Part shown: positions 41,613 through 53,822 of the stretch, piece by piece | How the letters are laid out: each line of letters opens with the position of its first letter | Position numbering within the stretch: the first letter of the stretch is position 1 | Assembly: GCA_963764725.1 (NCBI GenBank) | Contig: CAVXTM010000012.1 | Location: forward strand, 342,213 to 406,212 | From: an uncultured Gammaproteobacteria bacterium | GTDB lineage: Bacteria > Pseudomonadota > Gammaproteobacteria > JACCXJ01 | Reading direction: 5' to 3' | DNA: 64,000 nt | The notes under the pieces: model-generated | The model's input: the letters and a program-made list of their open reading frames with translations, nothing else | Databases searched by the model: none | Told to the model about the DNA's origin: nothing | Made by a program: the position numbers and the translations under genes

Positions 41613-41975
41613 TTACGCGATCTCATGCAGCCTGCTAGAGGGGATAATGAGTGGGCCTTTTGGATGTTCAAATCGAACAAACTCAATGATCCGTCCGGCG
41701 ACGGAGGCCGCGCCCGGATGGCGGTCCGCGCCGTCGATGCTGAACTCAAAGCGGTACCAGCGGTGCACTAAGAGATGGCCTCGCGCGTCACGCTTGAGTC
41801 TGGTATGAGCGAGCGCCACGGTCTCTTCGAGCAGCTGAATATCCAAATCGCGGCAGGCATCGCGACAATATTTCAGGGTTTGCTCCCGCGTCCGCGCTGA
41901 ATCGTTCCAGAACCACAACGCAACGGCCAGAACTAGGAGAGCGATCGTATCCGCCACAAGAGTTCCCAAAATCAA
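41613..41975 (-). CDS. DUF3301-family membrane-anchored protein
   Basis: N-terminal TM helix, W...RE...C...QLLEETVAL, YRFEFSIDG. Confidence 0.7.
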   Translation of the reverse strand: MILGTLVADTIALLVLAVALWFWNDSARTREQTLKYCRDACRDLDIQLLEETVALAHTRLKRDARGHLLVHRWYRFEFSIDGADRHPGAASVAGRIIEFVRFEHPKGPLIIPSSRLHEIA

Positions 41976-42052
41976 GGTGCGCGGTCCGAGGTCGCCTCGC
42001 GCGGGGTAAACAGCATCGACACAAACCTCGCACGCGCGGGGTTATCGCGATG

Positions 42053-42742
42053 TCACCGGGCGATGATATCATCCGTTGGAGGCAACGACATGCGCACGAT
42101 GAGATCGGCGTGGTCGTTCTTTGGGCTGTTCACCCGCGTGCTCACGGGATACGCTTCCATGAGCTCACTCGGATATGGCGCGAGCAGCAGTTTGAGCCGA
42201 ACGGGATCGGCCAACCCGGGATCCATCCAGGTATCGTAGTGCTCAGGTGAGAGGATGACCGGCATCCGGTCGTGAATATCCCGAAGAGTCTCGGCCGCAT
42301 CGGTGACGATGATACTGCACGAATCGATACGCTCTTCCCCGCGTTCCCAGCGCTCCCAAAGACCCGCGAACGCGAACGGAGCGGCATCTTTAAGCCGTAT
42401 GAAGTAGGGGGTGCGTTCGAGCCTTTTCCATTCGTAGTAACCATCGCTCCCGATGAGGCAGCGTCGGCGCCGAATGGCATGCCGAAAGGCCGGCTTTGTA
42501 TCCACCGTCTCGGCCCGCGCATTGATCGTGCTGTAAGGCGTTTTAGGCCCCTTAGACCAGTATGGGATCAGGCCCCAGTGGAGTAGCGCGAGCTCCCGGC
42601 CTCCCCCCTCGCCATTGCGCGCGACGAGCACGGATTCGGAGGGAGCAACGTTGTAGCTTGGCGCAATGTTCAGCATCCCCTGCGCCTCCAACAGCTCCGC
42701 AAAGGTCTCGGGCGAAGAATAACGCACGAAGCGACCACACAT
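42053..42742 (-). CDS. SOS response-associated peptidase (SRAP/YedK-HMCES family)
   Basis: MCGRF N-terminus, YNVAP, WGLIP, INARAET, GYYEW, IHDRMPVIL. Confidence 0.93.
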   Translation of the reverse strand: MCGRFVRYSSPETFAELLEAQGMLNIAPSYNVAPSESVLVARNGEGGGRELALLHWGLIPYWSKGPKTPYSTINARAETVDTKPAFRHAIRRRRCLIGSDGYYEWKRLERTPYFIRLKDAAPFAFAGLWERWERGEERIDSCSIIVTDAAETLRDIHDRMPVILSPEHYDTWMDPGLADPVRLKLLLAPYPSELMEAYPVSTRVNSPKNDHADLIVRMSLPPTDDIIAR

Positions 42743-43463
42743 ATATCAACATTATGGCATGCCCCGCTTACCCGCTGAGCCATTCCGATTGCGAACGACA
42801 CATCGTGAACCCGCGAGCGCGCGGAAACTGAAGGCGCTGGAGAGATCTTCCGGTTGGGCTCGCGTTTCTGAATCTATGTTGCAAGCGCGGCGCAGCCAGT
42901 CGCCGACATGACGTGGAACGTCGGCGCCTACTCTGCTCAGCACTGCGACACCAACGACGACCCGCAGAATCATCACGTCAAGGACAAGAGCTACGGCGTG
43001 CAATGGCGGCTCTCGGCGCGCGCCATTATCGAATGCAGCAACGCCAAGGGGGACAAGACGGGCCAGGCTATAGTCTGGCCCGTCTTGCTTATTCGTTCGT
43101 TCTCTATACTTAACTTTGACTCGCTTTTACGCGATCAACAACACAGTATCCCATAAAAAATGCAAATAGCGCCTGCGATCTACTGAATTGAAGCCTGTCT
43201 AAAAGGGTCTTAATGGAGACAATAAGACCAGCTAAAAGAGAACGGTAACGTCATTAGTCCTCTGAACCTCCACTACCCCTATGGGGAGCACGGGGACCAC
43301 CACGCCCGTGAGAACCACCACCTCCCCGGGAACCACCCTCATCGCTATCTCCTGCTCGATTGGTCGCTATTAACGCGGCAAAGCAGACAACGGACATAGC
43401 TAACAATACCCACATTCCAGCATCGCCCATAATCGTTCCTCCTTCCGGTTCGTTATAGTTTAG

Positions 43464-44622
43464 GGAACCTCTGCAAAAGTCCACGATCTGATCGGTAGGC
43501 GTACCGAATTCGGACGAGGACGATAATGATCAAACAGATGACACTGGCTACGGGCTTTGAGAAATACAGCAAGAGCACGCGTCGGGAGAAATTTCTCACT
43601 GAGATGGACCGCATTGTGCCGTGGAGCGAGCTGTGCGCGTTGATTGCGCCGGTGTACCCGAAGGCCGGGGACGGGTCGCCCGCCGAAGGAGCTGGAGATG
43701 ATGCTGCGGGTGTACTTTCTGCAGCAGTGGTTCAACCTCTCGGATCCGGGCGTGGAAGAAGCGCTGTATGACTCGGTGTCGATGCGTCGGTTTGCAGGCA
43801 TTGACCTTGGAGAGATGCCGGTGCCTGATGAATCCACGGTGCTGCGCTTCCGCCATCTGCTGGAGGCGCATGGGCTGGGCGAGAAGCTCTTCGAGCAGGT
43901 GCATGCATACTTGGAGCGCCAGGGCATCAAGATCGGCACGGGCACCATCGTCGATGCGACGATCATCAGCGCTCCAGCCTCCACTAAGAACAAGGGCAAG
44001 CAACGCGACCCGGACATGCATCAGACCAAGAAAGGCAATCAGTGGTATTTCGGGATGAAGGCGCACATCGGCGTGGACAGCCAGACCAAGGTCATCCATG
44101 CGGTGGCCGCCACCTCTGCCAATGTGCACGACTCGGTGTGTCTGCCCGATCTCTTGCACGGGGAGGAGACACGCGTCTGGGGCGACTCGGCCTATCAAGG
44201 GCAGAGCGAGGTCATACGCAAGCACGCACCGAAGGCCACCGATTTCACCCATCGACGTTACCGTTACAAGGATACGGTCGATGAGGAAGAACGGGCGAAG
44301 AACAAAACCAAGTCCAGCGTGCGCGCCAAGGTCGAGCACCCCTTTCTCATCATTAAGCGCATCTTTGGTTTCGTGAAGACCCGCTACAAGGGGTTGGCGA
44401 AGAACGCACACCGACTGTTCGTGACCTGTGCGCTGACCAATCTGTACCTGATGCGCCGGCGGCTGTGGCGACTGGCGGGGGCGTAGTGTGTCTGCAGTAT
44501 GGCAAACGGGGCGAAAATGGCCCCCTGAACGATGACAAACAGACCTCACGGCCGCGTTTCCGTCTGAAATCGATTCGTATGTATACTGCCCGACCATTTT
44601 TGGTTACTTGTTCAGAGGTTCC
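43464..44622 (+). mobile_element. IS5-family element; transposase 43526..44486 with a +1 shift in a G run at ~43667-43670
   Basis: TIRs GGAACCTCTGCAAAAGT / rc GGAACCTCTGAACAAGT; TSD TTAG at 43460-43463 and 44623-44626. IVDATII, WYFGMKAHIGVD, GDSAYQG, RAKVEHPF. Confidence 0.93.
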
Positions 44623-44895
44623 TTAGGTTACACGACGACGAAAACCGCTTTTTTCCGGTTTTTATCGGCTCGACTTTCTTAAGGCAATTTGCATCCGGCA
44701 GCGAACAGATGGGACATGCCCGCATATAATATACAGAAATTATCTGGGATGCGGAATAGAGAACGGTTTCTGGTAGTGTCCTAGGACACTACCCGGTTTC
44801 CGCGATACCCGCGTCGGCGCAGCTCACGCGGCGTGACGCGATAATTCGTGACATGAGGATGCGTGCGTAGCTAGGCGTTAGTCACGCTGACCACG

Positions 44896-45576
44896 TCACG
44901 CATTTAGTATTTTCCGCAGCCAGACCCCAATATCACCGATTTCCTGCGGGCAGACCGAGTGCTGCATCGGATACTGGTGCCACTCGATGGAATAGCCGAG
45001 CCCGACCAGAAAGGTCTTCGAACCCGCGCCTATCGTCAGCGGCACGACCGTATCGTAGAGGCCGTGGGCCATGAAGATGGGCGTTTCTTTGTTGGCCGCC
45101 GGCGCTTCCTGCGGCAACGACTCCGCGAGCGGCAGGTAGGCCGACAGCGCCATCACGCCCGCGAGCGTATCGGGGTGGCGCAGCCCGGTCTGCAGCGCGA
45201 TCGCGCCGCCCTGCGAGAATCCGGCGAGCACGATCCGTGACGCGGCGACCCCGCGCGCTACTTCGCGACCGATCAGGGCGTTGATCTGCGTTTGCGATTC
45301 GCGGACGCCCCGCTCGTCGGTGCGGCGCGAGGAGCCTTCGAGCTCGCCGAAAGAAACGTCGTACCAGGCGCGCATGACGGCGCCCCCGTTAATCGTCACC
45401 GGCCGCATCGGCGCGTGCGGGAATACGAAACGGAGCGCCGGCGCCGCCTCGATCCCAAGCTCGTCCACAATAGGCACGAAATCGCCGCCGTCGGCGCCCA
45501 GGCCGTGCATCCAGATGACGCTGGCCGAGGGGTTCTGCCCGGTCTCTATCTCGATGGCGTCCAGTAATCTTGGCAT
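44896..45576 (-). CDS. Phospholipase/carboxylesterase (alpha/beta hydrolase)
   Basis: WMHGLGADG, FPHAP, AWYD, GFSQGG nucleophile elbow, HG..D, MQHSV. Confidence 0.9.
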   Translation of the reverse strand: MPRLLDAIEIETGQNPSASVIWMHGLGADGGDFVPIVDELGIEAAPALRFVFPHAPMRPVTINGGAVMRAWYDVSFGELEGSSRRTDERGVRESQTQINALIGREVARGVAASRIVLAGFSQGGAIALQTGLRHPDTLAGVMALSAYLPLAESLPQEAPAANKETPIFMAHGLYDTVVPLTIGAGSKTFLVGLGYSIEWHQYPMQHSVCPQEIGDIGVWLRKILNA

Positions 45577-45605
45577 AGTTCGAGAAACCCGCACAGCAAA
45601 GGGGC

Positions 45606-46367
45606 TCACACCTTAAGCCGGTATCCGGTATTGAAGATCCACCACACAACACCTAGACACAGGGCAAAGAACCCGAGCGTCACTGTCACGCTTACACCGA
45701 CGCCCACGTCGGCAATCTCGTAGAAGCTCCAGCGGAAACCGCTGATCAAATAGACGACAGGATTAACCAGCGTTACGGTCTGCCAAAATGGAGGCAGCAT
45801 GTTCACCGAGTAAAACGTACCGCCGAGGAAGGTGAGCGGGGTGATGACGAGCAAGGGCACGACCTGCAGCTTCTCAAAGCCATCCGCCCAAATGCCAATG
45901 ATGAACCCGAGCAGACTGAACGTGACCGCCGTCAGCACGAGGAAGCTGAGCATCCATACGGGGTGAGCGATGCGCAGGGGCACAAACAAGCCCGCGGTTG
46001 CCAGTATGATCAAACCCAACACAACGGACTTGGTGGCTGCCGCGCCGACATAGCCGAGTATGATCTCGAAAGGGGAGACGGGTGCCGACAACAGCTCATA
46101 GATAGTACCCGTAAACCGCGGGAAGTAGATCCCGAACGAGGCATTGGCGATGCTCTGCGTTAGCAGCGAAAGCATGATCAGACCCGGTACGATAAATGCC
46201 CCATAACTCACCCCGTCGATCTCGGCAATGCGTGAGCCAATGGCGGCTCCGAAAACCACGAAATACAGTGAAGTCGAAATTACCGGAGAGACGATGCTTT
46301 GCATCAAGGTACGCCATGTGCGCGCCATCTCGAACAAGTAGATCGCTCGGACGGCCCGAAAGTTCAT
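45606..46367 (-). CDS. ABC-2 type transporter permease (YadH-like)
   Basis: Multiple TM segments; [26 protein letters not shown]. Confidence 0.9.
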   Translation of the reverse strand: MNFRAVRAIYLFEMARTWRTLMQSIVSPVISTSLYFVVFGAAIGSRIAEIDGVSYGAFIVPGLIMLSLLTQSIANASFGIYFPRFTGTIYELLSAPVSPFEIILGYVGAAATKSVVLGLIILATAGLFVPLRIAHPVWMLSFLVLTAVTFSLLGFIIGIWADGFEKLQVVPLLVITPLTFLGGTFYSVNMLPPFWQTVTLVNPVVYLISGFRWSFYEIADVGVGVSVTVTLGFFALCLGVVWWIFNTGYRLKV

Positions 46368-47308
46368 TTCGATTTTCTCACCAGATCGATGAAGATGTCC
46401 TCAAGCGAGCTCTGCGTCGTATTGAGGTCGGTGAACACAATCCCTGCCGTGCTCAGGTCCTCTAAGAGTGCGCTGATGCCGGTGCGCTCGGCCCGCGTAT
46501 CGTAGGTATACATAAGCTCGCTGCCGTCTGCATTCACTTCCAGGCCATAGATTGCGAGATTCGGAGGAATGCTGGTGAGTCGGTTGTGCAGCTGGAGCAC
46601 GAGCTGCTTTTTTCCGAGCTTGCGCATCAGCTCATCTTTCCGTTCGACCAGGATGATCTCACCCTTTGCCATGACCCCGATTCGATCAGCCATCTCTTCG
46701 GCTTCTTCGATGTAGTGGGTGGTCAAGATGATTGTCACCCCGGACGCGCGCAGCGTTCGCACGACCTGCCACATGTCCTTGCGCAGCTCGACATCGACGC
46801 CGGCCGTTGGCTCATCAAGGAACAGAATCTGCGGCTCGTGCGAGAGAGCCTTCGCAATCAAGAGCCGGCGCTTCATCCCGCCGGACAGGGTCATAATCCT
46901 GCTGTCCTTCTTGTTCCACAAGGACAAATCCTTGAGCACCTTTTCGATGTAGCCGGGGTTCGCCGGCTTGCCAAACAATCCCCGGCTGAATGTGACCGTC
47001 GCCCAAACGCTCTCGAATGCGTCCGTCGTCAGTTCCTGAGGAACCAGACCGATCATCGATCGCACCGTTCGGTACGCGGCGACAATGTCGTGACCATCGA
47101 CCGAGACCGCGCCCTCGCTTGGGTTCACGATGCCGCAGATGATGCTGATCAGGGTCGTCTTGCCGGCGCCGTTTGGACCGAGCAGGGCGAAAATCTCGGC
47201 GCGGCGAATCTCCAGGTTGATGCTCTTCAGAGCCTGGAATCCGGAGGCATAGGTTTTGGAAAGTTTCGAGACGGAGATGATTGGAATCACCGCGGTGATT
47301 CTTCCCAC
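46364..47308 (-). CDS. ABC transporter ATP-binding protein (YadG-like)
   Basis: Walker [30 protein letters not shown]. Confidence 0.93.
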   Translation of the reverse strand: MGRITAVIPIISVSKLSKTYASGFQALKSINLEIRRAEIFALLGPNGAGKTTLISIICGIVNPSEGAVSVDGHDIVAAYRTVRSMIGLVPQELTTDAFESVWATVTFSRGLFGKPANPGYIEKVLKDLSLWNKKDSRIMTLSGGMKRRLLIAKALSHEPQILFLDEPTAGVDVELRKDMWQVVRTLRASGVTIILTTHYIEEAEEMADRIGVMAKGEIILVERKDELMRKLGKKQLVLQLHNRLTSIPPNLAIYGLEVNADGSELMYTYDTRAERTGISALLEDLSTAGIVFTDLNTTQSSLEDIFIDLVRKSK

Positions 47309-47334
47309 ATCGTGTGCATATGCCGCCGATCCGA

Positions 47335-48285
47335 TCAGGGCAAATGAGCTCGATCGACCCCTCGAAGGACCTGCTCCAAGAGCTTCAAAGACTGCGGCGA
47401 CTCGAATACGGCCGAGTGCGCGTTTTCCCTCTTAATCAGATTCGACACATCGATGTCGAACACGTTATCCCATACGGTATCCCGATCGGCGAGGCCGCTG
47501 CGCCCCAAACGCCGCGTCCCAAAATGCTTGAGGCCCGCGGATGCACCCAGCACCTGATCGAGCCCCGTGTACAGGGCACCGACGCGATAGCAGACATTCG
47601 CGATCAGACTACCATCGCTGTCGACGGGCTTGTCGCGCTGGAAAAGGTCGTTATCGACGTCGGCCGCGACCATTGCGAGCTGCGTGATCAGCGTCATCAG
47701 CTGGGGGCTGTTCATCGTCCGAGCAGCAACGGCCAGCGCTTTCTGAACGACGTAATTGCCCAAGCTGTGGGCAATGATGGAGACCTTCGCTCGGCAGCCC
47801 TTCGGAGGGTCTTTGAGTCGCGCCGCCGCTCGCTGCATCGTGACCAGGTGGTCGTGCAGATCGACCAGTTCCTGGGCGAACGCGCTCGCACTCTCGCGCG
47901 CGTCCTCCCGGTCAGGCAGGTAGTCGGCCGGGCTGCCGTTGGAGGGCCAGGTGAAAAGCACAAGTTGGCCGAGCTGTTGTTTGTCATACAGCTCGGTCTG
48001 GAGCTGTTCATAGCGCGTCACCGCGGCCTTCCACGAGTTGTTGTAGCCGTGGACGAATACGCTGACGTGCTGCTGGTCCTCGTTTTTTTCGTCGGGGATA
48101 AGGGGAAACTGGCTCGCGATCTCGATCAGACGTTCCACGAACTGTTTTTTGGTGAGCCTCTGCCAGCTTGCGAGGCTTGTCATCGAACCGGTCTTGTTCT
48201 CGAAGTAGCGCATCTCGGCGAGGCGGTCGCCGAGCGCATCCCCCGAGATCCCTCGGTTGGTCATCATCAGTCGAGCATATGCCAT
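47335..48285 (-). CDS. DUF900-like alpha/beta hydrolase
   Basis: [29 protein letters not shown]; GGAGG RBS before ATG 48285. Confidence 0.75.
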   Translation of the reverse strand: MAYARLMMTNRGISGDALGDRLAEMRYFENKTGSMTSLASWQRLTKKQFVERLIEIASQFPLIPDEKNEDQQHVSVFVHGYNNSWKAAVTRYEQLQTELYDKQQLGQLVLFTWPSNGSPADYLPDREDARESASAFAQELVDLHDHLVTMQRAAARLKDPPKGCRAKVSIIAHSLGNYVVQKALAVAARTMNSPQLMTLITQLAMVAADVDNDLFQRDKPVDSDGSLIANVCYRVGALYTGLDQVLGASAGLKHFGTRRLGRSGLADRDTVWDNVFDIDVSNLIKRENAHSAVFESPQSLKLLEQVLRGVDRAHLP

Positions 48286-48808
48286 GTCGCCTCCGTTAAT
48301 CGTCTTTTTTTGCGGCAGTATGGGCCGCGAGTTGTCGCAGTAGGTCCAGCAAGCCACCCCCGTATAGGCGACTATCGTGCCCTAGGCTGCCGTCCAGTTA
48401 ATCTGGGCAGATTAATAAGGCTTTTTTCTTCAAAAGGGAAGATACGACTGGACCTGTTAGCTGTCAAACACGCGAATCCTGAGTCCGGGATCGGGGAATT
48501 TTCAGGAGGGGTCTGCGGGTACCCGGGCTTCCGCAACAGAGCCGTTGGCTCGGAATTTTGTCCGGGCGGAAAGGCGCCACCGCGTGCGCGCCACGTTATT
48601 GACCGCCGGGGGGGACCGATTCTATAGTACTTCATCGCGGTTCGGATAAAGACGGGGACCAGGTTCATGGTCAACGAGTGCACGAGCGAGACTGCGTGCC
48701 CCAGATGTCATGGATGGCGCAAACTCTGAAGATACTTGCGACCACTCGACGGAAACCTGCGACCTCGACCGAAGGATAAACCTAACAATTAAGGCAGGAG
48801 ACAAACCC

Positions 48809-49312
48809 ATGAGCACATTAGTTGTCGTCGGTTACAACGATGTTCACAAGGCGGAGGAGGTCCGGCTCACCCTGCGCAAGCTGCAGCGCGATTATTTGGT
48901 CGAGCTGGAGGACGCGGTCGTTGCGGTCAAGGATGCCAAGGGCAAGATCAAACTGCACCAAGCGGTGAACCTGACCGCGGCCGGGGCGGTGAGCGGCGGC
49001 TTCTGGGGCTCGCTCATCGGTCTGATCTTCCTGAATCCGCTGCTCGGCCTGGCGGTTGGTGCGGCGGCGGGCACGGCCTCGGGCGCGCTCACCGACATTG
49101 GTATTAACGACAACTTCATGAAAGAGCTGGCGGCCACGATAACGCCGGGCAGTTCCGTGCTGTTTGTCCTCGTGCACAAGGCGACACCGGACAAGGTGCT
49201 GGCGGAGTTGCAAGGCACGGGTGGCAAGGTTCTCAAGACCTCGCTCTCGCACGAGGATGAGGCGAAGCTGCAGGCGGCTTTGAATGCGACGAAACCCCAG
49301 ACCCAGACATAA
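48809..49312 (+). CDS. DUF1269-family membrane protein
   Basis: AGGAG RBS; MSTLVVVGY, LEDAVV, GGFWGSLIGLIFLNPL, DIGIND, TSLSHEDE. Confidence 0.8.
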   Translation: MSTLVVVGYNDVHKAEEVRLTLRKLQRDYLVELEDAVVAVKDAKGKIKLHQAVNLTAAGAVSGGFWGSLIGLIFLNPLLGLAVGAAAGTASGALTDIGINDNFMKELAATITPGSSVLFVLVHKATPDKVLAELQGTGGKVLKTSLSHEDEAKLQAALNATKPQTQT

Positions 49313-49557
49313 ATCCCTGGGCGAGAAAAGGCGCCCGCTGAACCGGCGCATCCCACGCTAACGCTATTCGATCGGCACCAAGAACGAGGCGCTCGAGTAC
49401 GGAGCCGACGGCTCGCTCACCATTTACGTCAGAGCGATTCGCCGGGCAAGGCCAAAGAGAGTAATTGGTCGTGAAGATCCAGTGGTCAAGAGGAAACGCG
49501 TACAAACGGGTGGCGCGCATGAGCACACTCCATGGCTAGGGAGATCAGCCTCCGGTG

Positions 49558-51072
49558 TCAACCGACGCTGGCGTTCAAATCAGTCAGCGTGTCGATGCCC
49601 CCAGACCGATCGAGCTTGGCTTGGTCAGAACGCAGTGCCGCGATGCGCTCTAAATAATCCGGACTCACATCCCCGGTCACATAACGGCCGGTAAAACACG
49701 AGGAATCGAAAGCCGTGATGTCGGGATTTCCGCGCTGGGCGGCATCGATCAAGTCTTCGATGTTCTGGTAGATCAGGCGATCGGCACCTATCATGTTGCC
49801 GACTTCTTCCTCGGAACGACCATGGGCGATCAACTCCTCGGCCGAGGGCATATCGATGCCGTACACGTTCGCGTAGCGCACGGGCGGCGCGGCGGAGGCG
49901 AAGTAAACCTTCTTGGCGCCGGCCTCACGCGCCATCTGGATGATCTGTTTACAGGTGGTCCCGCGCACGATCGAGTCATCGACGAGCAGGACGTTGCGTC
50001 CGCGGAATTCCAGATCGATGGCGTTGAGCTTTTGGCGCACGGATTTCTTGCGCATCGCCTGACCAGGCATGATGAAGGTACGCGGGATATACCGGTTCTT
50101 AATGAATCCCTCCCGGTACTTGAGCCCCAATTCGTAGGCCAGTTGCAAGGCCACGGTGCGACTCGTGTCCGGGATCGGGATGATGACATCGATATCGTGA
50201 CCGGGCCAGGTGTTGCGAATCTTTTGCGCCAGCGTCTCACCCATGCGCATGCGTGCCTTGTGGACCGAGATCCCATCGATGATCGAGTCCGGCCGGGCGA
50301 GATAAACATACTCGAAGATGCACGGCGCGTGTGACCAATGCTGCGCGCATTGACGCGTCTTGAGCGTGCCGTCAGCGCCGATAAAAACCGCCTCTCCGGG
50401 CTCGATGTCACGCACGAGCTTGTATCCCAGGGTGTCGATCGCGACGCTTTCCGAAGCGATGACATACTCGGGGCCGGCTGCGCTCATGCGGCTCCCGAAC
50501 ACGATAGGCCGGATCCCACGGGGATCGCGAAACCCGACGATACCGATCCCCGTGATCATGGCGACCGCGGCGTAAGCGCCCTGACAGCGCCTATGTACTT
50601 GGCTGACCGCATGAAAGACATCCGTGGCATCCACCTTGAGCTTTCCCAGACGCTGGAGCTCGTGGGCCAACACATTCAGCAACACCTCGGAATCCGAGTC
50701 GGTGTTGACATGCCGCAGATCGTCTCGGAACAACTCCCGTTTCAGCGCTTCGGCATTGGTGAGATTGCCGTTATGGGCCAGGCAGATCCCATAGGGGGAA
50801 TTGACGTAGAAGGGTTGCGCCTCAGCCATCGACGCGCACCCCGCGGTCGGGTAGCGAACATGCCCGATGCCCATGTGGCCTACCAGCTCGAGCATATGGC
50901 GGGTCTGAAAGACATCGCGCACCAGGCCGCTGGATTTGTGCAAGTGCAAGCGCCCTTCGTGGCAGGTCACGATGCCGGCGGCATCCTGGCCGCGATGCTG
51001 CAATACGGTCAGCCCGTCGTATAAGGACTGGTTCACGCTCGCGCCCGCTACGATTCCGATGATTCCGCACAT
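49558..51072 (-). CDS. purF: Amidophosphoribosyltransferase
   Basis: MCGI N-terminal Cys, [35 protein letters not shown]. Confidence 0.97.
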   Translation of the reverse strand: MCGIIGIVAGASVNQSLYDGLTVLQHRGQDAAGIVTCHEGRLHLHKSSGLVRDVFQTRHMLELVGHMGIGHVRYPTAGCASMAEAQPFYVNSPYGICLAHNGNLTNAEALKRELFRDDLRHVNTDSDSEVLLNVLAHELQRLGKLKVDATDVFHAVSQVHRRCQGAYAAVAMITGIGIVGFRDPRGIRPIVFGSRMSAAGPEYVIASESVAIDTLGYKLVRDIEPGEAVFIGADGTLKTRQCAQHWSHAPCIFEYVYLARPDSIIDGISVHKARMRMGETLAQKIRNTWPGHDIDVIIPIPDTSRTVALQLAYELGLKYREGFIKNRYIPRTFIMPGQAMRKKSVRQKLNAIDLEFRGRNVLLVDDSIVRGTTCKQIIQMAREAGAKKVYFASAAPPVRYANVYGIDMPSAEELIAHGRSEEEVGNMIGADRLIYQNIEDLIDAAQRGNPDITAFDSSCFTGRYVTGDVSPDYLERIAALRSDQAKLDRSGGIDTLTDLNASVG

Positions 51073-51189
51073 AGGCTATTGCCTCGCCTGGCCACTATCC
51101 CGATGCTAACGATTTCCGCTCGGCCGACGCCGTGCGGAATCGAATTGTATAGCGCCTCCCAGTCACCCACAATGCGGCGTGCCCGTCGA

Positions 51190-51678
51190 TTAAAACGTAA
51201 AATACGCCGCGACCGCGGGCGGCAAGTAGCTCCGCAACCATAGCGCCAGGGTCTCGAAACGGCCCAAGAGAACCGATTGCTCCCACCAGGGGTCCTGAGG
51301 CAGCGGTGTCAAACCGGCCATGAGCACCAATACCCCCACTACGAGGGCGCCGCGGGCGATCCCGAACACGATCCCCAGCACCCGGTCTGTCCCAGAGAGG
51401 CCTGAGCTCATCACTAGTTTAGCAATAATGAAATTAATGATGGCCCCGCACAGCAAGGTCGCGATGAACAGTGCCATGAATGCGATGATCAAGCGCGCCG
51501 AGGCCACCGAGATGTAAGGGGTCAATTGATCCGCGAGCGGCCGCATAAACGTCATTGCAACCAACATGGCCAAGATCCACGCCAAGAGCGAGAGGACCTC
51601 GCGAATCAATCCGCGCCAAATACTGATGAGTGCGGACAAGCCTATGATGGCGAGGATGGCGTAATCCACCCAGATCAT
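51190..51678 (-). CDS. cvpA: CvpA family membrane protein
   Basis: RGLIREVLSL, GLSGTDRVLG..FG..RG; classic position upstream of purF. Confidence 0.92.
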   Translation of the reverse strand: MIWVDYAILAIIGLSALISIWRGLIREVLSLLAWILAMLVAMTFMRPLADQLTPYISVASARLIIAFMALFIATLLCGAIINFIIAKLVMSSGLSGTDRVLGIVFGIARGALVVGVLVLMAGLTPLPQDPWWEQSVLLGRFETLALWLRSYLPPAVAAYFTF

Positions 51679-51841
51679 CGGTTGGCCGGGTTCAAACTCA
51701 CCAGGCCCCTACGCGCGGTCGCCGGCCGGTTATAAGGACGCTGTAGAAAAACCCCATTGTTCATCCTTGGGAGAGAGAGATTTGGGAGCTGCCCAAATTC
51801 CAAGTATTATCGGCCAGAAACTAGACGATAGCGATCATCGC

Positions 51842-52858
51842 ATGCCACTCCAATCGGCCATCGGCAAACTTGTGGCGGGCCAAGACCTCTCCGGAGACGA
51901 TATGAGCACGGCCATGGAGCTCATCATGGGCGGGCGAGCCTCCGCGGCGCAGATTGGGGGTTTTCTGGTCGCGCTGCGGATAAAAGGAGAGACCGTGGCG
52001 GAGATCACCGCGGCGGCGCGGGTCATGCGGGATCTCTCCGAGCCCGTCGAAGCCTCCGCTGGCCATCTGGTCGACACTTGCGGTACCGGCGGAGATGGCG
52101 CAGGTACATTCAATATATCCACGACCAGTGCGTTGGTCGTGGCTGCTGCCGGTGGCCGGGTTGCGAAACACGGTAATCGCGGCGTTTCAAGCCGCTCGGG
52201 GAGCGCGGATCTCCTGGAGGCCGCAGGCGTTAACATAGCCCTCACCCCTACGCAAGTCAGCGCGTGTATCGCCGAAATCGGCATTGGTTTCATGTTCGCA
52301 CCCGCGCATCACCAAGCCATGCGGCATGCCGTCGCACCGCGCCGCGAGTTGGGGATCCGCACTCTCTTCAATCTCCTCGGGCCGTTGACGAATCCGGCCG
52401 GCGCGAGCGCCCAGCTTATCGGCGTTTTTCAAGCACGCTGGACCGAGCCCTTGGCCCAGGTATCGCGTAACCTCGGCAGTACCCACGTGATGGTCGTTCA
52501 CGGTGAGGACGGGTTGGATGAAATCAGCATCAGCGCGCCGACGCGAGTGACCGAATTGCGTGATGGAGCGATCGCCAACTATTGGCTGACGCCGGAGCAG
52601 TTCGGGATCGGCTCGGCCGATCTCAGCGCAATCAAGGCTGGCGATGCCTTGGAAAGTCTAGCGCGCATGCGGTCCGTGCTCGATAACGATCCCGGACCAG
52701 CTTTGGATGTCGTGCTACTCAATGCGGGGGCGGCCCTCTATGTGTGCGGAGTCGCCCGGGAAATTTCCGCGGGCATCAGCTTGGCGCGGGAAGCCCTCGC
52801 TCAAGGGAACGCGCGGCGGAAATTGGAGCAACTAATCAAGGTGACCAACGCTTTCTAA
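51842..52858 (+). CDS. trpD: Anthranilate phosphoribosyltransferase
   Basis: KGET, DTCGTGGDG, FNIST, KHGNR, SGSADLLE, GLDEIS. Confidence 0.95.
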   Translation: MPLQSAIGKLVAGQDLSGDDMSTAMELIMGGRASAAQIGGFLVALRIKGETVAEITAAARVMRDLSEPVEASAGHLVDTCGTGGDGAGTFNISTTSALVVAAAGGRVAKHGNRGVSSRSGSADLLEAAGVNIALTPTQVSACIAEIGIGFMFAPAHHQAMRHAVAPRRELGIRTLFNLLGPLTNPAGASAQLIGVFQARWTEPLAQVSRNLGSTHVMVVHGEDGLDEISISAPTRVTELRDGAIANYWLTPEQFGIGSADLSAIKAGDALESLARMRSVLDNDPGPALDVVLLNAGAALYVCGVAREISAGISLAREALAQGNARRKLEQLIKVTNAF

Positions 52859-53063
52859 TCCTACTGTGTTACAAACTGCTGAAGGGCCCCCTGCTTCGCT
52901 CGCATCGGGCTCGAACTGCGCTTGACTCCGGGCATCCTGCCCTTTGCACTTTGGGCCAGCTTCGCTGTTCAAAATAGCTCCCGGCGATTTTATCCCGCCC
53001 GATTCCCCCTCGCACGGCATCCCTTGATCGCCTTGTAATACAGTAGGACTGCCCGCTGGTTAT

Positions 53064-53711
53064 TTATGGCTTAGCAGCGGCGCGCTCTTTGTCGATGAGG
53101 AAATCGATCACCTTAAGCATGTCATTAAAGCCGATACCCACTTCTCCGGGCGTGCGAAACTTTCCGTTGATGACGACCTTAGGCACGCCATCGATCCCAT
53201 ACTGTTTAACCGATTGGATGGCCTGTTGGACTTTGGCATCCACCGCAAAGGAGTTGAACGCCTCAGTAAACGCTTCCTTCGAGACGCCGTTTTCGGCAAA
53301 AAACTCGGCGAGTGACGCCTCATCGTCCAGTCGCCGCTTGGACTCGTGCAGCGCCTTGAAGAAAGGAGCGTGAATTTTATCGACGACCCCCAATGCCTCG
53401 GCGGCGTAGTAGGCTTTGGCATGGATATGCCAGGCTTTATTGAAGGCCGCCGGTATGCGGCGAAATTCGACATCCGAGGCCTTGCTCGCGGCCCATGCAT
53501 TAATGTACGGCTCGAAATCGTAACAATGAGGGCATCCGTACCAGAACACCTCAATGACCTCGATCTTCCCGTCCGTCGCGACCGGCTGGGCAGGAACGAT
53601 TTCCTCATAATGCTTGCCGAGCTGGTAGCCAGCGTTCGATACTGGTCCTTCCGCGAAACCGTTACTAGCAAAGAACATAAGTGCGACTACCCACCGAAAG
53701 CTTACGTGCAT
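53064..53711 (-). CDS. dsbA: Thiol:disulfide interchange protein DsbA
   Basis: Signal peptide, FWYGCPHC, GVP cis-Pro, INGK. Confidence 0.92.
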   Translation of the reverse strand: MHVSFRWVVALMFFASNGFAEGPVSNAGYQLGKHYEEIVPAQPVATDGKIEVIEVFWYGCPHCYDFEPYINAWAASKASDVEFRRIPAAFNKAWHIHAKAYYAAEALGVVDKIHAPFFKALHESKRRLDDEASLAEFFAENGVSKEAFTEAFNSFAVDAKVQQAIQSVKQYGIDGVPKVVINGKFRTPGEVGIGFNDMLKVIDFLIDKERAAAKP

Positions 53712-53822
53712 AACACCCCCCATAAAGTGGTTTGAATCGAAGTGGCCGACGCCTGAATCGAAAGGGTTCCGAGGGCGGCAGGTTCTTGCCTGAGGCGCGG
53801 TCACGGGTCCGGCTGTCCCACT

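Noticed and set aside
43254-43484. Small Gly-rich membrane ORF next to IS5
   Set aside because: The annotated start lies within the IS end; a shorter version is possible but there is no homology evidence.
43660-43675. Programmed frameshift in the IS5 transposase
   Set aside because: The shift is in a short G homopolymer with no A-rich slippery motif; an error or simple mutation is more likely.
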